DNA of 64,000 bases from a virus (lineage: Duplodnaviria; Caudoviricetes), in IMG/VR virus record IMGVR_UViG_2585427591_000001, positions 22,653-86,652 of that record. One strand, 5' to 3'. The first letter of the stretch is position 1; each line of letters begins with the position of its first letter. This document shows, one piece after another, positions 29,704 to 39,296 of this stretch. The position numbers and the translations under genes were made by a program. The notes below the pieces were generated by a model. It was not told where the DNA came from. It saw only the letters and a list, made by a program, of their open reading frames with translations, and did no database searches.

Positions 29704-29782
29704 TGGAGTGTTGTCTTCGAGCATAAGAACGGCATTTCAACTCAATAGCTCGCTGGAAGAGAAGTACAAGAAAAAAACGTAA
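29612..29782 (+). CDS. Probable frameshift extension of PmgB (+1 frame)
   Basis: Open +1 frame overlapping the pmgB 3' end (GWQILVNNLTLYAGQSI...LEEKYKKKT) with no ATG/RBS of its own. Confidence 0.5.
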   Translation, partial: FGISSSCQILDTIGWQILVNNLTLYAGQSIDGVLSSSIRTAFQLNSSLEEKYKKKT

Positions 29783-29818
29783 TCAGACGTTCTTAGTAAA
29801 TTTTACTGATATTTAAAT

Positions 29819-29910
29819 TGCGCATTCAATACACATCACATGCACATTCAAGGTGCATTAAACATGCATTAAGCGTGTATTTTTTACACTTAAAAGATGC
29901 ATATAACGTG
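29819..29910. repeat. 11-bp-periodic tandem array (about 8 units)
   Basis: tgcgcattcaa tacacatcaca tgcacattcaa ggtgcattaaa catgcattaag cgtgtattttt tacacttaaaa gatgcatataa. Confidence 0.75.
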
Positions 29911-29971
29911 AAGATTGTATGTGTTCAGTTTCTTTACGAAAGCCCATCATTCATCATTAAAGGATAATCAG

Positions 29972-30043
29972 ATGACATCAAAACCAAGAAAAGTGTTTAC
30001 GCTCATGAAGGCAATATGCCGGTTTTTAAGGTTGATCAAATAA
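29972..30043 (+). CDS. Possible 23-aa basic peptide
   Basis: MTSKPRKVFTLMKAICRFLRLIK with AAGGA RBS, between two arrays. Confidence 0.3.
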   Translation: MTSKPRKVFTLMKAICRFLRLIK

Positions 30044-30104
30044 TATCCCCCTATTGATTCACAGCACTTAGAGCCTCACATCACAAGTGAAAGGGATGAG
30101 TAGC

Positions 30105-30282
30105 GCATACGCATTACATGCATACGAAAAATGCACGTAATGCGCCTTTAAGGTGCACGAAATGGGCGTTAAGTGCACCAAAAATACATCAATAAAATGC
30201 ATTAAATGCACATTATAAACGCACTTATAATGCATGTAAGGCTCATAACACACACACTTTGAATGCATAACATGCACATATT
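30105..30282. repeat. 11-bp-periodic tandem array (about 16 units)
   Basis: Recurrent ATGCAT/ATGCAC/GTGCAC cores separated by A/T tracts at about 11-bp spacing. Confidence 0.75.
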
Positions 30283-30434
30283 AGCCATCAAAGGGCTGTA
30301 TCCGGCTTAAATCTACATTCCTTAAATGGCAGCGCAGGGCGCTTTTCAACACCAGTTTGTGCCAAAAACATTCCTCCAACACAATAAAACCTAGACAAAC
30401 CCTACTTATACCAGTTAAGCATTGTGGCAGTTGT

Positions 30435-30463
30435 TTGCCCTATACACGCAGAAGGTGTAAGAT
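30435..30463 (+). promoter_or_regulatory. sigma70 promoter of the moron gene
   Basis: TTGCCC-17-TAAGAT. Confidence 0.55.
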
Positions 30464-30528
30464 TGGGGAGCGGATAACCCGCGCTTATGAATACTCACGA
30501 ATACTGCGACTGAAGAGGGCTTAGGTCC

Positions 30529-31164
30529 ATGCCACAAAAACTGCTGAATGCTAGTAAAGTTATCGAACTTTTCGCTCATCTGAACGAAACGCCGGATAAC
30601 CGCGCTCTGTTTTCTGAGTTAGTGAACGGCGTTGATGTGACCGATGAAATTCCCGCTTTGGCGCTGGCGCCAGGTTATCGTGTCGTGCGTGTTGATAACG
30701 GCAAGAAAGATAAGATTTCACAAGACCATTTCGAACTGGCCCTTGTAAATGATCTGTCTGAAGAGGTTGTGTATTACAACCGCGTTATCTTCCAGCCGGA
30801 TGCATTCCTGAATTGTCGTCCAGTTACACAGATTCTTGTGTGGCGTACTCAGAAGCGTCAGCACCGTGCCGTGTTGCATGATCTCGCAGGAATTATCTTC
30901 TTCGATTACCTGTTAGAAAAATACGACGTGCTCGTATCTGACAGAAACCAGACAACTGACGGGACCAGCTTCTGGCAAGCGCGCTTATATGACGCACTGG
31001 AATTCAAACATCATCTCTACAGATATGACATGATCACATGTGAACTGCATGAAATGAGGAATGAGGAAGAACTGGAAAAAGGAAGCACATGGTTGTGGGG
31101 TGAACCTGAGCACTATCAGGACCGGCTAGCCATCATTTCTAAGTTCCCGTTACCGAAACAGTAA
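30529..31164 (+). CDS. Moron gene, GNAT-like fold suspected
   Basis: TQILVWR...FFDYLL...VSDRNQTTDGTSFW; has its own promoter and terminator. Confidence 0.7.
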   Translation: MPQKLLNASKVIELFAHLNETPDNRALFSELVNGVDVTDEIPALALAPGYRVVRVDNGKKDKISQDHFELALVNDLSEEVVYYNRVIFQPDAFLNCRPVTQILVWRTQKRQHRAVLHDLAGIIFFDYLLEKYDVLVSDRNQTTDGTSFWQARLYDALEFKHHLYRYDMITCELHEMRNEEELEKGSTWLWGEPEHYQDRLAIISKFPLPKQ

Positions 31165-31173
31165 CGCACCCTT

Positions 31174-31199
31174 AAAGCCTCGCTAAGCGGGGCTTTTTT
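31174..31199 (+). terminator. Rho-independent terminator
   Basis: AAAGCCTCGC-TAA-GCGGGGCTTTTTT. Confidence 0.8.
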
Positions 31200-31231
31200 G
31201 TATCTGCAATTCAGTGATTATCCCTCCGCGC

Positions 31232-31250
31232 GGTTCACAAAACTTACACT
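31232..31250 (+). promoter_or_regulatory. Late promoter (sit operon)
   Basis: GGTTCAC-N6-TACACT. Confidence 0.75.
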
Positions 31251-31278
31251 GCCTCATTACTTTTGAAGCGGTGACATC

Positions 31279-34200
31279 ATGGCAGAATCAGACGGCAAAC
31301 CATCAGGAAAGAACGTCAAAGACGATCTGCTTGATGCTTCACGAATTATCAAAACGATAGAGCGCACAAGTAAGAAAGAACTTGATGTACTTCTGAGCAT
31401 TGATAAAAAACTGGAAGAAGGGGAGGGTGGTAGGTCAGACACGCAAGGAACCGCTGATAAGCGCCAGCCACGGCAACGTGAAGAGCGCGAGCCACCAGCC
31501 CCTCGCCGCCCACGCAAAGAACGCAATCAGCCCCCGGAGATTAAAGACGACACCATCAGCGTGCGTAAAAAATCCCGCCGGACTGCATCAGCTACTACTG
31601 AGCCAGCCACACAAGAGCCAGGTCCGCCAGTTTTACGCCAGCGCCAGAAGCGTGAATCAAGACAAACACCGGAATCGAAAAGCCCTGAGCAACTGACCGT
31701 TCGTGCCGCACCTGCAAAACGACCATTACCGCCATCCCCCCAAACCCGGCCACGCCGTGATAGTGGCGGCAAATTCACAAGTTCTGCAGATAAGTCGAAA
31801 GAAAATCGTGATGATGCCCGGCACAAAGAGGCAATGAACGAAGAGGAAAAGAGCCGTTCTGTATTCCAGCGCATCGGGGACATGGTTAAAAAAGCAGATA
31901 CGAAAGAGATAGAAGGCACCGCGCTGGACGCAGCCGGCGTGGCCGCTGGCGGCACATTCTGGAAAGCAGGCAAGGAAGCCATTGAACTGGTAAAAAACAC
32001 TGCGAGCATGCTGAAACTCGGTAATGAAGATGATGAAGACGAGAAGAAAAATGGAAAATTCTTCGGGAAAATTAAAAAACTATTCAGCAAAAAACCTCCG
32101 ACCGTTACCCCCGTTGATGATAATCCCACACAAGAGCGGCCAGCTGGTGCTGGTATAGGGAAGGGGCGCAATCCTGCCGCAATCATCAGTGCCGGTACAG
32201 CACCAGCCAGCCCGGCTGGTATCGGGCTTAAAGGTGCAAAAGGCGCGCGAGCCAGCGCCACGTCTCTCGATGTCACTAACAGAAACATTCAAAAGCTCAA
32301 TGTTGAAAAAACAGAAGAACAAACGGCCGCGATTAACGAAGGCAATCAGCTGATCGTTGAAAAACTCGATGATTTACTTAAAGCCCAGGGAGGGAATGGG
32401 GGAGGGGGCGGCGGTCTTTCCGGGCTTATCGGTAACGCGTTGACGCTTGGCGCAACAATGTGGGTATCAAAGTTCGGCAAGAAACTCTTGGCGGGGATCC
32501 TGAGCGGCCTAGGACTCGGAGCATTAAAAAAACTCCTGCCAGGGGGTGGCGACGGTGGCAGCGACATCGACGGTCCCGACAAAGACAAGAAGAAAGGAAA
32601 AGGCAAAGGGAAGGGAACGCCACGCAAGAAGAGCGGGAAAGGACTATTCAAGACTATCCTGAAAACCGGCAAAAACGTCGCTAACCCCGCCGCCGCCGTT
32701 GCGGGTACTGCAGCCGTTGCGACTGCCGGAGTCGTGTATGCAAACAGGGCGAATGTGGACCCTGTAGGGGATACGTCGGACGCGGACGCAAAAGAGAAAA
32801 CCAAATCACAGGCCAAAGCCTCAAAGAACAGTGCTCAAAGTGCAAAACCAGCGAAAGCAGGCGAAACAGTGAAAGTTGGCCGCGTCGCAACGCCGGAAGA
32901 GATCGCAGCACGGAAGGCGGGTAAACCTATTACGGCAGCAACAGGGGAAGTTGCAGAAATAGGCGCGGCGAGGGTAGCTGAAAAGGGGGGGGTAAAAGCC
33001 GGTGAAAAGGCTGCGGCAAAAGTGGCGGCTAAGGGCGCGTTAAAACTGGGCGTAAAAGCAATACCGCTCGTAGGGACCATTGCCGGTGTGGGCATTGATG
33101 CAGTGGAGGGAATCACTGACACGGAAGGCCAAAAAACTGCATTTGGGCTTGGTGAAAAGGACGACGTATCTAATCGCCAGGTTGCTGAATACACGGCCGC
33201 AAATGTGTTGAATATGGGCGGGCTTGTGTCCGGGGGTGCTGGCTACCTTTCAAAAGGTGCTGACTGGCTGGGGATGGATAAAACAGCCGACTTCCTGGAT
33301 TTTGATACCGCCGGCATGGCGCGGGGCATTCACGGCCTTACAGAGACAACTAAAGATACGATATCAAGCATTAATAACGGAATTTATGGCGCGGCCACCA
33401 GCGCGGCCGGGTGGCTGGGCTTTGGCAAAGACAAAAAAATGAGTGACTCAGATAAGAAACAGGCTGAATCGCGCGAAGACGAACGTACTAAAACACTCAC
33501 GGATACGATTAAAACAGGCGCTACAGGCACTATAGGCGCTATCGAAGATATGAGTAAGAGCATGCTCGACGTGCTCATTCCAAGCGCTGCTGCATCCGTT
33601 GATGCGCCTGTTACGCCAGTTCAGGGCATGGGTATGTCCAGCCCCCTGCGGTTCACTCCTTCCCAGCCAGACTCAAACACAGTATCTCCTGCGTTGAACA
33701 TCGGCGGCAGGAACGCGAATGTTCGTTCGTTCCGTAACAACAACTTCGGTAATGTGAATTTTGCGGGCCAGGAAGGCGCACAGCTAGAAAAAGCAAACGC
33801 AAATGGTGAACAACGTTTCGCGAAATGGAATACCCCAGAAGAGGGTATGCGCGGCCTGGCTAATCAATTGATGCTTTACTCAACGGGCAAATCTAAGCAC
33901 GGCCAGGCCAAGTCGATAGACAAGATCCTCGACATTTTTGCTCCAAATAGCGAAAACAATACTTCGAAATATAAAGCTGATCTGGCTGGCGCATTGAACG
34001 TATCTCAGACAGACGATCTGAAACTTGATGATCCGAAAGTCATGACAAAGGTCATCCGGGCAATTGCCACGCTTGAAGGCGGCAACCCGCAGGTAAAAGA
34101 CGAGTTCATTCAGAAAGCCATTGGCGGGTACGACTATTCGAAAGGGAAATGGGAAGGGAAGTTCAACGCAGAAACGCTGGCGATCGTTAACGAACAGCGT

Positions 34201-35052
34201 AAAGCGAAAGGACTTGAGCCTATCACCGAAAGCGATCAGAACAGCTTCTCCGGGTTGGCTGGTACGTCGTCTTCTACCACCGCGGCAAGTAAAGCCGCTC
34301 CATCTCCTGTTACAACTTCACCAGCGCCTAAGCCGTCACCTGAGCCTGTACAGCATGCGCAGGCGGCGAAGAGGAAACAGGATGTAACACCCCCCCCTGT
34401 AATACCACTCCCAGCAAATGCGGAAGGCATGCGCCCGGCGGCAGGGGCTAAGCAAGCGCGCGATGAACCGAAACCGGCTTCAACCAATGCCCATTTATTC
34501 AGAAACGCCCAACTGCCTGAATCCGGCTTCGGAATCTTTGACGGCGCAATTGAATCAATGGCCAGCAAGGCCGCGAGCGCCGAAGGCATGCGCAGGCCAA
34601 TAACCGGCGGTGAAAATGCCGGCTTGCGCGCCGCGAAGAGCCAGGGCAGCATCAGTGAGGCATGGAAGCGTGACGAAGAAGAGAAAAAAGCCGCTAAAGC
34701 CCATGCATCACAGGTACCGGCCGCCGCAAAACAGGTGGCGTCTTACTCACATCCGCAAAACATCATGTCCGTTACTGACCTGAGAACCGTTCCTGCTGCA
34801 AATGTGCCGGCACAATCCAACACGCAGCAAAACCAGAACCAAAATCAGGCCCAGACGCAGATAGACGCAAAAATGCTGGCGGCGCTGAACAAAATTGCCG
34901 GCTTGCTGGAAGACCTGAAAGACGGTCAGAAAAAAGAGGGTAACAGCGGGCGGGGCACTTTTGTTAAAAACACAGCACAACCCGCGCCGCGTACAACCAT
35001 CCCGTTAACTATTGCTGATCCGGCAATGGACCGGCTCGCGGCGGACAGATAA
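31279..35052 (+). CDS. sit: Tape measure / structural injection transglycosylase
   Basis: 1257 aa, Ala/Gly/Lys-rich with hydrophobic segments; RNNNFGNV...RFAKWNTPEEG...FAPNSENNT lysozyme-like domain; precedes pmgA. Confidence 0.8.
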   Translation: MAESDGKPSGKNVKDDLLDASRIIKTIERTSKKELDVLLSIDKKLEEGEGGRSDTQGTADKRQPRQREEREPPAPRRPRKERNQPPEIKDDTISVRKKSRRTASATTEPATQEPGPPVLRQRQKRESRQTPESKSPEQLTVRAAPAKRPLPPSPQTRPRRDSGGKFTSSADKSKENRDDARHKEAMNEEEKSRSVFQRIGDMVKKADTKEIEGTALDAAGVAAGGTFWKAGKEAIELVKNTASMLKLGNEDDEDEKKNGKFFGKIKKLFSKKPPTVTPVDDNPTQERPAGAGIGKGRNPAAIISAGTAPASPAGIGLKGAKGARASATSLDVTNRNIQKLNVEKTEEQTAAINEGNQLIVEKLDDLLKAQGGNGGGGGGLSGLIGNALTLGATMWVSKFGKKLLAGILSGLGLGALKKLLPGGGDGGSDIDGPDKDKKKGKGKGKGTPRKKSGKGLFKTILKTGKNVANPAAAVAGTAAVATAGVVYANRANVDPVGDTSDADAKEKTKSQAKASKNSAQSAKPAKAGETVKVGRVATPEEIAARKAGKPITAATGEVAEIGAARVAEKGGVKAGEKAAAKVAAKGALKLGVKAIPLVGTIAGVGIDAVEGITDTEGQKTAFGLGEKDDVSNRQVAEYTAANVLNMGGLVSGGAGYLSKGADWLGMDKTADFLDFDTAGMARGIHGLTETTKDTISSINNGIYGAATSAAGWLGFGKDKKMSDSDKKQAESREDERTKTLTDTIKTGATGTIGAIEDMSKSMLDVLIPSAAASVDAPVTPVQGMGMSSPLRFTPSQPDSNTVSPALNIGGRNANVRSFRNNNFGNVNFAGQEGAQLEKANANGEQRFAKWNTPEEGMRGLANQLMLYSTGKSKHGQAKSIDKILDIFAPNSENNTSKYKADLAGALNVSQTDDLKLDDPKVMTKVIRAIATLEGGNPQVKDEFIQKAIGGYDYSKGKWEGKFNAETLAIVNEQRKAKGLEPITESDQNSFSGLAGTSSSTTAASKAAPSPVTTSPAPKPSPEPVQHAQAAKRKQDVTPPPVIPLPANAEGMRPAAGAKQARDEPKPASTNAHLFRNAQLPESGFGIFDGAIESMASKAASAEGMRRPITGGENAGLRAAKSQGSISEAWKRDEEEKKAAKAHASQVPAAAKQVASYSHPQNIMSVTDLRTVPAANVPAQSNTQQNQNQNQAQTQIDAKMLAALNKIAGLLEDLKDGQKKEGNSGRGTFVKNTAQPAPRTTIPLTIADPAMDRLAADR

Positions 35053-35061
35053 GGGCCTCAT

Positions 35062-35415
35062 ATGCTGTATGAAATAGACGCGCTGCTCGATGTAGATGCT
35101 GGCGGCATCATTGTTCACGAAGGTGATCGCGAAGCACTGCTTGAGCGCCTTGACGACTGGCTATGTACCCCGCGGAGTTCGGTCTATGGGTTCCCGGACT
35201 GGGGCAACCGGCTGGCGCGGTTCAAGCACGCGCCGCAGAACGAAACGACAGCCGTGGAGATTGAGCACGACATCATCGACACGCTACGCAAAGACATTCC
35301 GTCGCTCAAAATTGCGGGCATTGTTTGTACCCTCGTGCCCGGAGTATCTGACCGCTGGGTTATCACTATCACGCTCGGGAATGGCGCGGAATTTAGCAAG
35401 GAATTACCGGTATGA
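35062..35415 (+). CDS. pmgA: PmgA (gp25-like baseplate wedge)
   Basis: RLDDWLCTP.SSVYG.PDWGN.L..FKH.P. Confidence 0.72.
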   Translation: MLYEIDALLDVDAGGIIVHEGDREALLERLDDWLCTPRSSVYGFPDWGNRLARFKHAPQNETTAVEIEHDIIDTLRKDIPSLKIAGIVCTLVPGVSDRWVITITLGNGAEFSKELPV

Positions 35416-36836
35416 ATCAAAAAGACGTTAACGACAGGTTTACTGCACTGCTTGAGAAAGACAGCTGGTGGTCAAAGTTTGTCGGCTCGCAGTTCGTCTC
35501 TATGTTGTCCCTGTTCGTTGGTCAAATGGTTTACAGGTGTGAGCAATTTGCCGCGCGCGCGCTTCAAGAGGGTTTTATCAGTATTGCAACTCGGCGTGCC
35601 TCGATACTGGCCGCAGCTGAGGACCGCGGATACGTTGGCCGCCGCATATCGCCCTCCACTGGCCTGGCATCGGTGACGAATAACACCACGGCGCGCCTGC
35701 AATTACCAATTTACTCAACGTTCCAGTCAGAAGAGCTTGAGCAGTACATGCTCATGGATGCCGTTGATCTGGAAGCCGGAGAAACGAAAGAACTGGCTGC
35801 AAGCCAACTGGAAATATTCGTCGTTGAGAAGACAGTTGAGGCTGAAGAGCCTTTTCTAACCGTCATTCTCTCGCGCGACATGACTGCCGTCTGCCACTCT
35901 ATTGATGTGTACGTGATCGTCGATACCCTGCGTGTTAAATGGGAAAAGTCATTCCAGTTCCGCTCCGCAAATAATACCAGCCTGGTTTACACCGAGTTTT
36001 ATAAACCGTCTGAGCAAATGGGGATCCGCTTCGGTGACGGCTCAACCGGCGTTATGCCGCCCGCTGGCAGTGTAATTAGCCTCGACGTCTGGTGTACGAA
36101 CGGACAGACAACACTGGTACAGGGACAAAAGCTGATCCCCACAGATGATTTTGCTGAGCTTGAAAATGACATCACTGTAATCACCACCAGCCCGATATCC
36201 GGGGGCACGCCGGCGGAATCGACTGAAGAGACGCGCGCTCGGGCACAATACTTTGTGTCGTATGACGAACAGGTTGTTTGGGGTGATGACTACACGTTTT
36301 ATCTCAAAAACCACATAGGAGGGATCAGTTGGTTGCGCTGCTGGGGGGAAATGGATCAGGAAAAATTCACGGGTTATGACCTGGCGAACATTAACAGCAT
36401 CTTTTTGTGCGGCCACAAACCCGGCCTCACGCAAGAAGAACTGCACGCGGCGTTTACTGAAAAGCTGGAATCCATACCGAACAAAATGAATAAGCGGTTT
36501 CGTCTGATAGATGCAAATTTCCGGCCATTCACAATAACCCTGACAGGCAATGTCCCTTCAACATCAGTGCCAAATGAAGTGGAAATAACACTAAAAAACG
36601 AGCTTGGGACACGTTTCGGGCGAGATTCTCAGCTATTTGAGACAGGCGGGGGCTTTAAAGCCATTACCGAAGACCAGATTTGGGCATTCATAGACGCTCT
36701 GGGTTACTTCACTAATTACGTCGTTGATATTGTGCTCGTTGATAATGTGGACCCGCTGATAGCAGTAAATCTTGAAGACTTTATCTATCTCGATCCGCAG
36801 CTATCAACCTTCAACATAACGTTCCAGAAAAGCTAA
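35412..36836 (+). CDS. bplA: Baseplate protein BplA (J-like)
   Basis: EGFISIATRRASILAAAEDRGY; IRFGDGSTG..P; ESTEETR.RA. Confidence 0.8.
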   Translation: MNQKDVNDRFTALLEKDSWWSKFVGSQFVSMLSLFVGQMVYRCEQFAARALQEGFISIATRRASILAAAEDRGYVGRRISPSTGLASVTNNTTARLQLPIYSTFQSEELEQYMLMDAVDLEAGETKELAASQLEIFVVEKTVEAEEPFLTVILSRDMTAVCHSIDVYVIVDTLRVKWEKSFQFRSANNTSLVYTEFYKPSEQMGIRFGDGSTGVMPPAGSVISLDVWCTNGQTTLVQGQKLIPTDDFAELENDITVITTSPISGGTPAESTEETRARAQYFVSYDEQVVWGDDYTFYLKNHIGGISWLRCWGEMDQEKFTGYDLANINSIFLCGHKPGLTQEELHAAFTEKLESIPNKMNKRFRLIDANFRPFTITLTGNVPSTSVPNEVEITLKNELGTRFGRDSQLFETGGGFKAITEDQIWAFIDALGYFTNYVVDIVLVDNVDPLIAVNLEDFIYLDPQLSTFNITFQKS

Positions 36837-36845
36837 GGGCCAATC

Positions 36846-38180
36846 ATGGAAAAAGGATGGCTCCGCGCAAGGTTGACCCCGGAGAAGCGTAAATCGCCGC
36901 TTTGGTGCGGGCTTGCTGACGCGATTGAAAGCCTGGTATCTGAAGTCGTAGAGCCCATTCTCAAGCGTATCGATGATCGGAAATCATTCTATACAATGGA
37001 TGAGCGTGACCTGGACCGCCGCATTGCTGAGCTCGGGCAGTTCTTCGCATTGCGTACGGCATCATCAACAAGTAAACCCCTGTTGCTGACGCAGCGACTC
37101 GATGAAATTCACCTCAAAGACACTGACCAACCGTTGATCAACACCTTCTGGCGGGAATTCTACGGCCTTAAAGTCGCATGGTCCCCTTACTGGGCTCCGA
37201 TAGACCAGGAGAATTATCCGTACGGACGGCTTTTCACAGTGGAAACAGGGAAAGACGAGGCTGAATTACTTTACGGCGAGATGTTTCTGACGTCGCGCGG
37301 GGTTATCGCGCTAAACCTGGCTGATGTATATGAAATATACGGTGATGCAGGCACGTCGATGGCAATAATGGAATTGCTGAATGACTTTGAGTTGTACATC
37401 ACCCCATTATTACCCCGGCACATCGTATTTGACGGGGTTGTGATCACCTTGGAGGTGACGCTTGTCGAGCGACCTGAGTATATCTGGCTTGAGGAAATCG
37501 AAGGCTATTTGCATGAGCCGGTGACGCTGAAAGAGCGTGAGGAAGTCATTTCAGTTGAAATTGATACGGAAATCGGACCTATAGGCTTCCTGCCAGTTGC
37601 CCCCACGCACCGCAGTGATGTTTTTCGTTATGACGACATCCCGGCTGACGCCTGGATAACAGACGTCTGGCGCGCGCCGGATCTCTTCGAACCCGGTGTT
37701 TACATCATCAAAGATGATCCGGGTGAAGTCGAGATTGGTTTCACGCCGGAGAATGAAGGAAATGAACTCCAGTATGTTGCTACTGAAGAGCGGCAAGACA
37801 TCATCGAAACAAATGCGATGGTGGAATTAGACATATCGTTTGAGCCCATCCCGACTACGTTTAGTACTGGCGAGATCGCTTATTTTGACAAAATCCCGGC
37901 TGACGCTTGGATAACTGACCTATGCTTAGTACCTGATATTCACGAACCTGCCGTAAATCTTCTTTATACGAATTCTTTGTCACTAATAATTAAGCCGTCG
38001 CCACGTATAACGTCGAATGTTCTATTTGAAGTGATTAAGCCGTTGCCGCGCCTGAATGCTAATTCCTTATCTGAAATAATTAAGCCGTTACCACGTATCA
38101 ATTCAAATGAATTATCTGTAATGAAAAAAGGATCTCCGCAAATTCATAACAGTGTACTTTCAATTATGAGGCAAATATGA
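36846..38180 (+). CDS. gp16-like baseplate protein with duplicated and repeat-extended C-terminus
   Basis: WLRARLTPEK...FLTSRGVI...PLLP.HIVFDG; 85-aa duplication plus 15-aa repeats. Confidence 0.72.
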   Translation: MEKGWLRARLTPEKRKSPLWCGLADAIESLVSEVVEPILKRIDDRKSFYTMDERDLDRRIAELGQFFALRTASSTSKPLLLTQRLDEIHLKDTDQPLINTFWREFYGLKVAWSPYWAPIDQENYPYGRLFTVETGKDEAELLYGEMFLTSRGVIALNLADVYEIYGDAGTSMAIMELLNDFELYITPLLPRHIVFDGVVITLEVTLVERPEYIWLEEIEGYLHEPVTLKEREEVISVEIDTEIGPIGFLPVAPTHRSDVFRYDDIPADAWITDVWRAPDLFEPGVYIIKDDPGEVEIGFTPENEGNELQYVATEERQDIIETNAMVELDISFEPIPTTFSTGEIAYFDKIPADAWITDLCLVPDIHEPAVNLLYTNSLSLIIKPSPRITSNVLFEVIKPLPRLNANSLSEIIKPLPRINSNELSVMKKGSPQIHNSVLSIMRQI

Positions 38181-39202
38181 AAAAAATTATATGGATGCAG
38201 GGTTTTAACCATTTCCCAGAATTTTCTGGCGTTACGCCTGCTGAAAAATTTAAGGGTTTTTTGAACCGATTCGCCATTCTCCCAGGCTATGAGTGTAATA
38301 TTGCGTCTGCTGCAAAAATAGGAACGATGACTTTTAATGGTGTGTCACATAAAGGCCTTCTAATTTGTACGCAGGGAACTCAGTCAGTGTTTTCAGTGAG
38401 TATACCTTGGGCGGGCTCAAACACAGGCAAGCGCGTCTACTATGGCGCACGTGTGTCTGCATCCGACACAGTTCAAGGTGCGGATCTCGCAGTAATAAAA
38501 AATGATGCGTCTACTATGCTGGCTACGATAAAAGCATACGGCAAAAATGATGATTACTTTATTGAATGCGTAGTCGATACAGAAAAAAAGGTGGCGAGTT
38601 TATACGCAAACAGAACCCTAATTGGGACAGTATCAAAGTATTCGACATCGAATTATTTGAATTTTTTCCTCGGTTCTGATGCCACATATTCACGGGCATC
38701 CAAGTCAGGAATTGGCATTTGCTGGTCTGATTTTTATTACGCAGAAGAAGAAATCGATGGCACACAAGGTGAACCTGACGTCTACGGAAATATTTTTATC
38801 GATTCTCAAGTTGTTTCAACATTCGAAGGTAATAACGACTATTACAATACAATGGGTATTGATATTGTCGAAGGCCTGAATGCTGTAATCGACATAAATT
38901 ATGCGGAATCGAGCGGCTATTTGCATGTACCAGAAAGCGTGGGAACGCTCACATACACACCCGCAGATTTTGAAGCTTCGACGGCTGTAGCTGCACAGAT
39001 TTCGAGTTACGTTCTCCCGTCGTTTGAAGATTTTGAAATAAAATCAGACGTTTTCATTAACGGCATTCCAGAAGAGACAACCAAAAGTAAGGTGTCCTCG
39101 GAAAGCGGTGCTTATTACACGCAATATGATGTTATAAACCGCGAAGTGAGCGTTGAAGAAATCAATTCATTATCTGTAAAAATAGAATCAATAACGAGAT
39201 AA
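38177..39202 (+). CDS. Inserted beta-rich putative virion/adsorption protein
   Basis: MKKIIWMQGFNHF start, SDFYY motif, AT-rich, ATGA-coupled to gp16. Confidence 0.6.
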   Translation: MKKIIWMQGFNHFPEFSGVTPAEKFKGFLNRFAILPGYECNIASAAKIGTMTFNGVSHKGLLICTQGTQSVFSVSIPWAGSNTGKRVYYGARVSASDTVQGADLAVIKNDASTMLATIKAYGKNDDYFIECVVDTEKKVASLYANRTLIGTVSKYSTSNYLNFFLGSDATYSRASKSGIGICWSDFYYAEEEIDGTQGEPDVYGNIFIDSQVVSTFEGNNDYYNTMGIDIVEGLNAVIDINYAESSGYLHVPESVGTLTYTPADFEASTAVAAQISSYVLPSFEDFEIKSDVFINGIPEETTKSKVSSESGAYYTQYDVINREVSVEEINSLSVKIESITR

Positions 39203-39250
39203 TATATTAAGTGGCTGGTTATTAAGTTTTTGTTCTTCGAACACTCCTGC

Positions 39251-39269
39251 GGTTCACTTTGAATACACT
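39251..39269 (+). promoter_or_regulatory. Late promoter (R-S-U)
   Basis: GGTTCAC-N6-TACACT. Confidence 0.75.
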
Positions 39270-39296
39270 CCGAGATCAGACTGGAAGGAGGTAATC

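Noticed and set aside
30068-30277. 69-aa His/Cys-rich minus-strand ORF
   Set aside because: Its composition is a by-product of the 11-bp TGCA array, and there is no convincing RBS.
33647-33665. GGTTCAC inside sit
   Set aside because: Intragenic and not followed by a TAnnnT box at 6-bp spacing.
31527-34652. Long antisense ORFs opposite sit (and similar ones opposite darB, ddrB, gp21 and ulx/lxc)
   Set aside because: These are shadow frames of real genes with biased codon usage and no recognisable motifs.
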